Origin: Candidatus Thermosaccharophagus tengchongensis | GTDB taxonomy: Bacteria > Armatimonadota > Fervidibacteria > Fervidibacterales > Thermosaccharophagaceae | Assembly (NCBI GenBank): GCA_032161105.1 | Contig: JAVHTD010000016.1 | Length of the DNA: 64,000 bases | Direction: 5' to 3' (one strand) | In this document: piece after piece, positions 57,001-64,000 of the stretch | Layout: each line of letters begins with the position of its first letter | How positions within the stretch are numbered: the stretch's first letter is position 1 | Position numbers and translations under genes: made by a program | The notes under the pieces: generated by a model | Told to the model about the DNA's origin: nothing | The model's database searches: none | Seen by the model: only the letters and a program-made list of their open reading frames with translations

Positions 57001-57727
57001 TAAAACCTTGTCCTTGGGCACACATGCGATGGGCAAAGAGCTTTTTCACCGAGACAACAATTTGTGCATTGCAACAAAATCACTCACACCTTTCCTCACG
57101 ATCGCGCTTGCCGCAATCATACATGGGTGCGCACGCTATCCAGAATTAGCCAAACCACCGGGCATCAACAGGCTCACTGTCAAATTTGAAGTTGCCGGAG
57201 AGCTCAAGCCTGAGGCTTATTACTTCATCGCATTTGACGATGACGACGACGCGCTTGACGGACCGTTGCCAGCCGTCGTCAGACCGTTTGGCAACGGCTG
57301 GGGCACTGGCTCATTCACGCGCTTCATTGAAATCCATCTTGGACGGGCGACACTTTACGAGGTCAATCCGCAAGACCCATACCAACCCGTGCTCATCGGC
57401 TATCCGATTGGATTTGAGTTGGGTGCGAGAGGCGTGTCCGTAACCGTTGACATGGACACATTCTTCAGAAACGGCATCCCGAGTGCCATTGACTTCAACA
57501 TCATCGCTGTGGACGAAATCATCCTCAACCCGGATTACCAAGGCATCAGAAGTTATGACGCCCTCGGACCAAGGGGAAATGATTATGTCACCATACCCCT
57601 TCGCGCAACAGCCGAGTATCGCAATGGACAGGGCTTCATACGCGAAATCAGCGGCGATGCAGTGCCAGCCGACGCAGACCACCTTGACATTGTTGACTGG
57701 TCAATAAGCGTTGTGCGGAGCCGGTGA
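56993..57727 (+). CDS. Hypothetical envelope protein, possible lipoprotein
   Basis: Overlaps the DUF4446 stop by 8 nt (ATGGGTGA). The hydrophobic FLTIALAAIIHGC segment ends in Cys, an atypical lipobox. Contains an acidic DDDDD stretch. Confidence 0.6.
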   Translation: MGDKTLSLGTHAMGKELFHRDNNLCIATKSLTPFLTIALAAIIHGCARYPELAKPPGINRLTVKFEVAGELKPEAYYFIAFDDDDDALDGPLPAVVRPFGNGWGTGSFTRFIEIHLGRATLYEVNPQDPYQPVLIGYPIGFELGARGVSVTVDMDTFFRNGIPSAIDFNIIAVDEIILNPDYQGIRSYDALGPRGNDYVTIPLRATAEYRNGQGFIREISGDAVPADADHLDIVDWSISVVRSR

Positions 57728-58793
57728 TGGCTTGGGGGTGTGGGAATTGCAAAGGCTGGCTGAGGTGCTACTTCCAATCGCGCTTTCGGCATTGCTCACC
57801 GTCGCAGTGATGTTCTCAGCGTGGCTATTTGTGCCATTCAATGTCGGGCACGGTAGGAGCATACGAGTGCATCTTGGGGCAACGATTGAAGATGTGGTCA
57901 ATGAGATGGCATCCCTCAAAATGCATCGTCCGGTGTGGCTGCTCAAAACTTGCATGCGCGCGTTGGGCATCAAGAGGCGATTGAAAGCCGGTTGGTATGA
58001 CCTCGGAGAACGCGCATCAAGGTTTGATGTGCTCATGGCATTGATGAAAGGGAAACCAAGACTCGCACGGGTGACCATACCGCCGGGGTTGATGGCGCAC
58101 GAAATTGCGTCAAGGCTTGAGAGGCTTGAGCTCGTTGATGCGCATCGCTTCATGAGCTTGGTGGAAAACCCGCCCGATGAGTTGAGAAAACCGTGGCTGC
58201 CACAGGGGAAGCCGCTTGAGGGTTTTCTGTTCCCCGAGACATACTTCCTTCCACCACTGCGCCCCGGCGGGGACGAAGCATATGCCATTGAGGTCATGCT
58301 AAGGGAGTTTGAGAGGCAATTCATAAAGCCGCATCAGGATATGCTTGAAGCACACGGCATTTCAATCTACGAGGTTGTAACGCTCGCCTCAATGGTGGAG
58401 CTTGAAGCCAAAGTTGATGATGAGCGCCCAATCATTGCCGGCGTGCTGCTGAATAGACTCAGGTTGTGCATGCCATTGCAATGCGACGCCACAATCTTTT
58501 ACGCCATCAAGAAGCGCAAACACAGGATAACATACTCGGACTTGCAGCTCAACTCACCCTACAACACTTACAAACACAAAGGCTTACCACCAACACCAAT
58601 TTGCAATCCCAGTTTGAAGTCGCTGCAGGCGGCATTGAAGCCCGCAGATGTTGATTACCTCTACTATGTCGCTCGCGGTGACGGCAGGCACACCTTCTCA
58701 CGCACATACGAAGAGCATCTTAAAGCTGTAAAGCGATGGCGCAAGGTGCAGCGCCAAATTCTGGAAAGGGTGGAGGCGGCGGCTTTGAAGTGA
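57711..58793 (+). CDS. mltG: Endolytic peptidoglycan transglycosylase MltG (YceG-like)
   Basis: N-terminal TM helix. ASMVELEAK, LQCDATIFYA, YNTYKHKGLPPTPICNP and YLYYVA...DGRHTFS. The true start is probably TTG 57732 or GTG 57738, just after the upstream stop. Confidence 0.9.
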   Translation: MCGAGDGLGVWELQRLAEVLLPIALSALLTVAVMFSAWLFVPFNVGHGRSIRVHLGATIEDVVNEMASLKMHRPVWLLKTCMRALGIKRRLKAGWYDLGERASRFDVLMALMKGKPRLARVTIPPGLMAHEIASRLERLELVDAHRFMSLVENPPDELRKPWLPQGKPLEGFLFPETYFLPPLRPGGDEAYAIEVMLREFERQFIKPHQDMLEAHGISIYEVVTLASMVELEAKVDDERPIIAGVLLNRLRLCMPLQCDATIFYAIKKRKHRITYSDLQLNSPYNTYKHKGLPPTPICNPSLKSLQAALKPADVDYLYYVARGDGRHTFSRTYEEHLKAVKRWRKVQRQILERVEAAALK

Positions 58794-58858
58794 GCGAATG
58801 CACGCATTTATGCCGTGAACTTCTCGTGAGGCGTCATTGGTGGCAAGGTGGATATGCC

Positions 58859-59422
58859 ATGCTGAAGTGGATCGTGGAGCGAGTCATTGTGCCCTATTTG
58901 CTTCCCGACTTCCATGCGGAGTCGGCAATTGACATATCGCCGAATTGGTTGCGCTCGCTCGGAGTAAAGGTCGTCTTCGTTGACTTGGACAACACGCTGA
59001 CACCGACAGGCTTGTGGGGTGTGGGCAACAGCGAAAGGAAGTGGGTTGAGCAACTCATCCTTTGCGGGATGAAAGTCTACATTGTCTCAAATGAGGCGCG
59101 CTCAAGGAGAGTTGCATATATAGCGAACTCACTCAATGTGCAATACATCGCACCCGCTTGGAAGCCACGCACATCGTTGATAAGGCGTATACTTGAAGCC
59201 AACTCCATAGACCCGCGCGATGCCGCAATGATTGGCGATCAGCTGTTTACAGATGTGCTCATGGCTAAGAGGCTCGGCATGCTCACCATTCTCGTTAAAC
59301 CGATGACCAACATCAGCTTCATCACGACGAAGGTGATGCGCTTCTTTGAGCGTCCCCTGCTCAGGTGGATGCACCGAACCGAATTCCATTCAAATACCCA
59401 CAAATGGAAAAGGGCGAGGTAA
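58859..59422 (+). CDS. YqeG-type HAD-IIIA phosphatase
   Basis: VVFVDLDNTL (DxDxT), VYIVSNE and IGDQLFTDV. The start is trimmed to ATG 58859 (MLKWIVER). Confidence 0.85.
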   Translation: MLKWIVERVIVPYLLPDFHAESAIDISPNWLRSLGVKVVFVDLDNTLTPTGLWGVGNSERKWVEQLILCGMKVYIVSNEARSRRVAYIANSLNVQYIAPAWKPRTSLIRRILEANSIDPRDAAMIGDQLFTDVLMAKRLGMLTILVKPMTNISFITTKVMRFFERPLLRWMHRTEFHSNTHKWKRAR

Positions 59423-59496
59423 CCCCTCTGCGCCACCTCGCCCTCATCAAATGGAAATCTCACGCATCAAACGCCATTAAGCTCATTTCCTCAACC

Positions 59497-59706
59497 TTAC
59501 CTCGGACCCGGTTTTGGACCCGGCGGCATTGAACCCGGACCCGGCGGTCCATACATTGGTCCAGGACCCATTATACCCGTCATCATCGGTCCGGGTGGAC
59601 CCACTGGCGTTGGTGGTTTGAATGCCCTTATTGCCTGCCACACCACAACTACAATCGCCACCAGCCCGATAACAATCACAACAACCTGCCACGGCTTCAC
59701 TTGCAT
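59497..59706 (-). CDS. 69-aa membrane micro-protein with a Pro/Gly-rich tail
   Basis: GGGGGTGA lies 6 nt upstream of the ATG. The TM helix WQVVVIVIGLVAIVVVVW is followed by PPTPVGPPGPMMTGIMGPGPMYGPPGPGSMPPGPKPGPR. Confidence 0.7.
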   Translation of the reverse strand: MQVKPWQVVVIVIGLVAIVVVVWQAIRAFKPPTPVGPPGPMMTGIMGPGPMYGPPGPGSMPPGPKPGPR

Positions 59707-59846
59707 TTCCGATCACCCCCTGCCACTTTATGAGGCGTTTTACTTTATTGGGCGTTGGTCAAGTCATTATTATACTCACTCGCAAAGAGCGTTGTCAAGC
59801 CATGGCGCTTTCGCACGATGGGCAGCGCCAAATGCGCTTAACCTCC

Positions 59847-60488
59847 TCACCTCGGGAATATAATCCTTCGCTGACCCTCGTGCTCCGTTGTGCTCTTCAA
59901 ACGAGCTATAAACTCACCGAGTGAGTGCGGCTTCACCGACGCCCTCAAAGTCCGTATGAAAGCCCGTTTGTCATCTGAGCGGTGAGCAATTGCTTCAGCT
60001 TCCTGCTTTATCACCCTCAGGGCACGAATAAGAGCTGCATTGTGTGGGAAGTTGATTTCGCCCCTCATGACGCTCACATTGTCCGTCAAGGCTTTAACCA
60101 GCGGCATTAAATGCTCCGGCAGCTGCGGCGTTACCCTTACACCCTGTGCCATTTCGCGGTGAACGGCATCCTCAAGCGCACCCAAGACAGAAATCACATC
60201 TTCATCGGTGACATCAGGGTGGGTTGAAGTGTAAGTTACGATTGCTTCACGCACCGGGAAGCTTGCCACTTCAAGCTCAACTGCGCTTGCAGTTGCGCCT
60301 TTCCTTTGCAGCTCACGCTCTCTCCTCTCAATCTCAATTGTGCGTGCTTGCTGCAAGTAGGCGCAATTTGAAGGGCACTGAATTCGCTTCAACCTGTTGC
60401 TGCCACAGCACTGCGTGCAAATGGGGGAACGCAATGCTGCACATTGTCGCTTACCCTTTCGGCGCCCGCACATTGAGCACTTTGACAT
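59847..60488 (-). CDS. Hypothetical protein with an N-terminal 8-Cys putative zinc-binding module
   Basis: MSKCSMCGRRKGKRQCAALRSPICTQCCGSNRLKRIQCPSNCAY, followed by a helical domain. GGGAG lies 5 nt upstream of the ATG. Confidence 0.65.
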   Translation of the reverse strand: MSKCSMCGRRKGKRQCAALRSPICTQCCGSNRLKRIQCPSNCAYLQQARTIEIERRERELQRKGATASAVELEVASFPVREAIVTYTSTHPDVTDEDVISVLGALEDAVHREMAQGVRVTPQLPEHLMPLVKALTDNVSVMRGEINFPHNAALIRALRVIKQEAEAIAHRSDDKRAFIRTLRASVKPHSLGEFIARLKSTTEHEGQRRIIFPR

Positions 60489-60654
60489 AGTCGCTCCCGC
60501 ACCTCTTCACTCACGCCGATGCAAACTCAAAATGGATTGATGCTACACCAGCATGGTGCACGGCGTGCGAACCATCTCATTGAATTTTGTCGCACGAATG
60601 TCAAGCCATAATGGGATACGATGGTCAGGATCAACATCGTTGGGGGTGAAAAAG

Positions 60655-61251
60655 TTGAGCTGGGATGCACTCACGCCATCGGATGTGGAGGCAATACTGC
60701 GCTCCTGTGGGGCATTCCTTGACGGTCATTTCCTGTTAAGCTCGGGCATGCATAGCGCTCATTACATTGAAAAGTTCAGGGTGCTTGAGCGCCCGGATAT
60801 CACAGCAACCTTGTGTGCGGAGTTTGTCAGGCGCTTTGGCGACGAAGGCATTGATGTTGTGCTTGGAGCCGCAGTTGGCGGAATCATATTGGCATATGAA
60901 ACTGCAAGACAGCTTGGCTGTAAGGCAATGTTCACGGAACGCGAGGGCGGCGTGATGACATTGCGCAGGGGCTTTGCGATACATGTCGGAACGAAAGTCC
61001 TCGTAGTTGAAGACATCGTCACCACGGGCAGTTCGCTGAGAGAGGTCATCTCGGTGGCGAAATCGCACGGCGCAGATGTAGTCGGCGCCGCTGCAATCGT
61101 GGACAGGGGTAAAGAGCCATTGCGATTTGATGTCCGCTACGAAGCCCTGCTGCGCTTGCCACTGGATGCGTATGAGCCAGATGATTGCCCGCTTTGCAAG
61201 CTCGGCATACCACTGCAAGCCCCAGGGAGCAGGCACATAAGTGGGCAGTAA
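60655..61251 (+). CDS. pyrE: Orotate phosphoribosyltransferase (Thermus/actinobacterial type)
   Basis: GHFLLSSGMHS and the PRPP loop VLVVEDIVTTGSS, plus C-terminal CPLC. TTG 60655 follows GGGGGTGA plus 5 nt. ATG 60598 is an alternative start. The ORF-track start is 60553. Confidence 0.88.
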   Translation: MSWDALTPSDVEAILRSCGAFLDGHFLLSSGMHSAHYIEKFRVLERPDITATLCAEFVRRFGDEGIDVVLGAAVGGIILAYETARQLGCKAMFTEREGGVMTLRRGFAIHVGTKVLVVEDIVTTGSSLREVISVAKSHGADVVGAAAIVDRGKEPLRFDVRYEALLRLPLDAYEPDDCPLCKLGIPLQAPGSRHISGQ

Positions 61252-61363
61252 AGCAGTGGCACGATGCACATTACAAGCGTGCTTACCAACACTTTGGGAG
61301 CGCGTCATCAATTGCATTTAGGATGGTGAGCCATCACGAGTTGATTTTGATGACCGAATTTGC

Positions 61364-61888
61364 ATGGCTGATGCTTTAGCCAGACCCGAACGCAACATTG
61401 TTGAGCAGCGGAAGGGTGATGCTCAAGTGATTGAAGTGCATGTGGCAGATGTGGGACAGGACAAGAACGGAAACTTCGTCGTCGTGCTCAGAGAGCCAAC
61501 TTCAGGAGCTGAATTGCCGATATGGATCGGCGAGTTTGAGGCGTTCGCAATTGACGCGGAGTTGCGCCGCATTAAACCGCAAAGACCAATGACACATGAC
61601 TTGCTCGCAAACATATTGCAAACGCTCGGCGTTGAAATGGAGTGCGCTATCATCAACGAGCTTCGCGGCGACACATACTACGCTGTCATCGTGCTCCGTT
61701 GGGGCGATGAAGTTCATGAGATTGATGCGAGACCAAGTGACGCTATCGCGGTTGCGCTTCGCCTCAATGCCCCAATTTACCTGTCCGAGGAATTGGCGAG
61801 GGTGATCGGCATTCACCCAGTGAGACGAGACCCGGATACGGAGCGCTTCATGCGCCTCATCGGTGATGTGGAGCTGCCAGAGTGGTGA
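61364..61888 (+). CDS. Bifunctional-nuclease-domain (DUF151/BFN) protein, cytoplasmic paralog
   Basis: LPIWIGEFEAFAIDAELRRIKPQRPMTHDLL ... YYAVIVL ... EIDARPSDAIAVALRLNAPIYL. Confidence 0.85.
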   Translation: MADALARPERNIVEQRKGDAQVIEVHVADVGQDKNGNFVVVLREPTSGAELPIWIGEFEAFAIDAELRRIKPQRPMTHDLLANILQTLGVEMECAIINELRGDTYYAVIVLRWGDEVHEIDARPSDAIAVALRLNAPIYLSEELARVIGIHPVRRDPDTERFMRLIGDVELPEW

Positions 61889-61933
61889 GTGAATGCCCCA
61901 ACGCCTCAATTAGCCGAGATAGCTCTTGGACGC

Positions 61934-63997
61934 TTACGGCTTTGCGGTGCTTGAAATCGGTCTAAGGAGTGCTCCCCTTGCAACACTGAGCAACGGCGGG
62001 ATACCCTGAAGCTGAACATAAAAGTCCTCAAGCACTCCAATGGATGGGCGGTGGAAGCGAAGAGTGAAAACTTCATCACGCGCAAACCCTTCCCGTGAGA
62101 TGACGAATTGGTAAGCCTGTGCGATGTTATCTCTCTCGCCCAAAACTTTCCCGTGCTCATCTTGCACAACAACTTTGACACGCTCAGCTTCATTGCCACC
62201 GGAAACTTTGATGCCAAACTCCTTCACACCCGCCGGAACGGCGAAATAAAACTCACCGGTAGTCCCGAGGAAATGAAAAACGCCATCGCTTGCAAACAGG
62301 CAAAACTTGTGGGAGCACCATTTCATTGTTGCAGTTGCGCTGTCCGCATTGCAGGCGACTTTGTATGCGCCTGTCTCCTCAGCTACAAACTCATAATCGT
62401 TTTCCCGTTCGGCGACAGCGTCCTTCATCGCAATGACTTTCCCAGAAGGGGTCGTCACGCTTACCTTTGCAGGTTTCACTGTGACCTTGCCGACAGGCTG
62501 TATGCTCAAAGTGAACGACACACTTTCACCCTCATTCGCCCAAACCAAAAATTCGGCACGCCCTCGCAACCTCGCATTGGATGAGATACCTTTTGGAAAC
62601 CTCGCATCGTAGAACATGGGTTCAAGCTTTGGTGCTGAAGTCCATCCCGCATCAAACGGCGGGAAGACTTTAAAGGCTTGAACCGGAAACCATTGGTTGA
62701 GCAACTCCCGCGTGAGTTTGTATTCGCTCTTTTGCCCACCCCTAACGAGCGTTATCGTGCCAGTGATTTCAACCAACTCCAACCCGCCAGCAAAGTCAAG
62801 GTAGGCAACTGGCAACCGCTCAACTTCGTCACTCACGATGCAGTCAATGAACTCAACGCCACCGATTGGTTCAAAGTTGCCATTAGCGCTTGCAAACACA
62901 ATTGGTGCCTGCGTCAGTTGCTTCATTGCAGCGTTGCTAACCTTGCACCTGACGAACCTAACTTTGCAGCCGAATGACGGCTTCTGAGCGATTAAGATTC
63001 CGGCGCCTTCACTGCCCTCAAATTCACAATCAATGAATTCAATGACGCCTTTGATAGCCTTGTCCTTGCTGTTTCCCACCGAGATGCTAACACCTCGCCT
63101 GTTGCCAATTGCCTTGCAACCTTCAAGGCGAATTGAAACGGGGTGCGAAGTCGCATTCAAGCTGTGTAGGTAAAAGGCGAAACCGTCACCAGTGTTGTTT
63201 TGCGAGACGCAGTTTCTCATCACTATGTTTGAAAGCCTCTCCGTCGCTTCATTTGGTTCAAAGTCAATGCCAGCCATCGGCGGTGTCCCGCCAGTGTCAC
63301 GCATCACCACATTTTCCATGAGCACATTTTCGGCGCTGATGACGCTTATGCCTTGCCTGTAGTTGTCAACGCAAACAACATCTTTGATGTGGATGTTCGT
63401 GCACGGGATGCCGCGCTTCGCCACGCCGAGATAAATTCCATCGCCACCGCTGCTTGCAAGCGTTAAGCCGTAGATTCGGACATTGTCGCAACTTCGTATG
63501 CTGAGCACATGTCGCCATTCAGCCTTCTCATAAGGTGGCTTGGTGTAGTCAAGTTTTCTCATCCGCAAAACTGCTCCATAGCCGATCAATGTGATGTTCC
63601 TTTGCAGCGATGCAAGGAAGAGGCAGTCACCCCTGCCCAAAAAAGCACCTTGCTTGGCTTCAACGACGACGCCCTTTTCAAAGGTGATTTCTTGATCGCT
63701 TCGCAAATTGATTGTCCTGCCAATGACCCAAGGGCTCCCAGTGTTATCAACAATGATTTTTTGTGCGCCCGAATTAATCGCAGCCTGAAGCGCCTCCGTT
63801 GCATCTTCGGGATTAAAGCCCCACCAAGAGGCGTATGCGACTTTGCGCTTGCCTTGCTTCACCTCCTCGATCGCTTGCTCGTTAGGGGGAAGTTTTGCTT
63901 GGATAGCTCGCGAGCTGCTGAGTAGCAAAGAAAAGGTGACGACGGAAAAGCAAATAGCTGTAACACACACTGCAATGGTGGGCTTCATCTCACTCAC
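61934..63997 (-). CDS. Secreted or anchored right-handed parallel beta-helix (pectate-lyase fold) protein
   Basis: N-terminal anchor TIAVCVTAICFSVVTFSLLLSS. Beta-helix coils: NVRIYGLTLASSGGDGIYLG ... NIHIKDVVCVDNYRQGISV ... NVLMENVVMRD ... GIDFEPN. A C-terminal beta-rich domain follows. Confidence 0.75.
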   Translation of the reverse strand: MSEMKPTIAVCVTAICFSVVTFSLLLSSSRAIQAKLPPNEQAIEEVKQGKRKVAYASWWGFNPEDATEALQAAINSGAQKIIVDNTGSPWVIGRTINLRSDQEITFEKGVVVEAKQGAFLGRGDCLFLASLQRNITLIGYGAVLRMRKLDYTKPPYEKAEWRHVLSIRSCDNVRIYGLTLASSGGDGIYLGVAKRGIPCTNIHIKDVVCVDNYRQGISVISAENVLMENVVMRDTGGTPPMAGIDFEPNEATERLSNIVMRNCVSQNNTGDGFAFYLHSLNATSHPVSIRLEGCKAIGNRRGVSISVGNSKDKAIKGVIEFIDCEFEGSEGAGILIAQKPSFGCKVRFVRCKVSNAAMKQLTQAPIVFASANGNFEPIGGVEFIDCIVSDEVERLPVAYLDFAGGLELVEITGTITLVRGGQKSEYKLTRELLNQWFPVQAFKVFPPFDAGWTSAPKLEPMFYDARFPKGISSNARLRGRAEFLVWANEGESVSFTLSIQPVGKVTVKPAKVSVTTPSGKVIAMKDAVAERENDYEFVAEETGAYKVACNADSATATMKWCSHKFCLFASDGVFHFLGTTGEFYFAVPAGVKEFGIKVSGGNEAERVKVVVQDEHGKVLGERDNIAQAYQFVISREGFARDEVFTLRFHRPSIGVLEDFYVQLQGIPPLLSVARGALLRPISSTAKP

Positions 63998-64000
63998 CTC

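Noticed and set aside
56487-58324. Minus-strand ORFs of 198 aa (56487..57083) and 207 aa (57701..58324).
   Set aside because: They are antisense to the DUF4446 and mltG genes. Both are Ser/Arg/Cys-rich with no SD.
59730-59924. A 64-aa plus-strand ORF and a possible plus-strand promoter (TTATTG, 17 nt, TATTAT) in the gap after the micro-protein gene.
   Set aside because: There is no SD and the ORF overlaps the 3' end of the Cys-rich gene on the opposite strand. The promoter-like match is generic AT-rich sequence.
60736-61317. A 193-aa minus-strand ORF.
   Set aside because: It is antisense to pyrE, whose product aligns end-to-end with Thermus-type PyrE motifs.
1-64000. I looked for CRISPR arrays, tRNA/rRNA genes, IS elements, integrases, reverse transcriptases, toxin-antitoxin pairs and known defence-system genes.
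   Set aside because: I recognised no regularly spaced direct repeats, no tRNA-like cloverleaf candidates in the gaps, and no DDE, tyrosine-recombinase or YxDD motifs in any ORF. By eye the window reads as core chromosome plus carbohydrate-utilisation accessory genes. tRNAscan, CRISPR-finder or defence-finder tools would confirm.

Overview
The window looks like an ordinary chromosomal stretch from a heterotrophic, polysaccharide-degrading bacterium. Coding density is about 90% and I call 48 protein-coding genes. I saw no rRNA, tRNA, CRISPR array, transposase, integrase or phage genes. Gene content (PmoA-like/DUF6807 proteins, Tat-exported Gfo/Idh/MocA enzymes, GT-C membrane glycosyltransferases, large secreted jelly-roll and beta-helix proteins) suggests an Armatimonadota- or Planctomycetota-like lineage, but that is inference only. 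GGAGGTGA-type Shine-Dalgarno sites sit 5-7 nt upstream of most starts, and I used them to trim about 15 over-extended ORF-track N-termini. Confident housekeeping calls are argH, argB, rsmI, glyS, a dGTPase-like HD protein, feoAB, pyrE, mltG, a yqeG-like phosphatase, a class-III aminotransferase and an APC permease. Accessory content includes a MoxR-DUF58-transglutaminase operon and two DUF151 paralogs. It also includes a sugar-oxidation cassette flanked by large glycoside-hydrolase-like genes. The most interesting observations are listed below. (1) Three paralogous 650-700 aa membrane proteins of unknown function lie within 12 kb, one apparently co-transcribed with a Tat-exported protein and a tetraheme cytochrome c. 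(2) A TIM-barrel, DUF6807, Tat-oxidoreductase and tautomerase cassette may perform oxidative glycoside cleavage. (3) A 31-aa hyper-basic bS22-like ORF is missing from the ORF track. (4) A SAM methyltransferase carries a signal peptide and a duplicated beta-rich C-terminal module. All family assignments rest on motifs read by eye. No database search was run.
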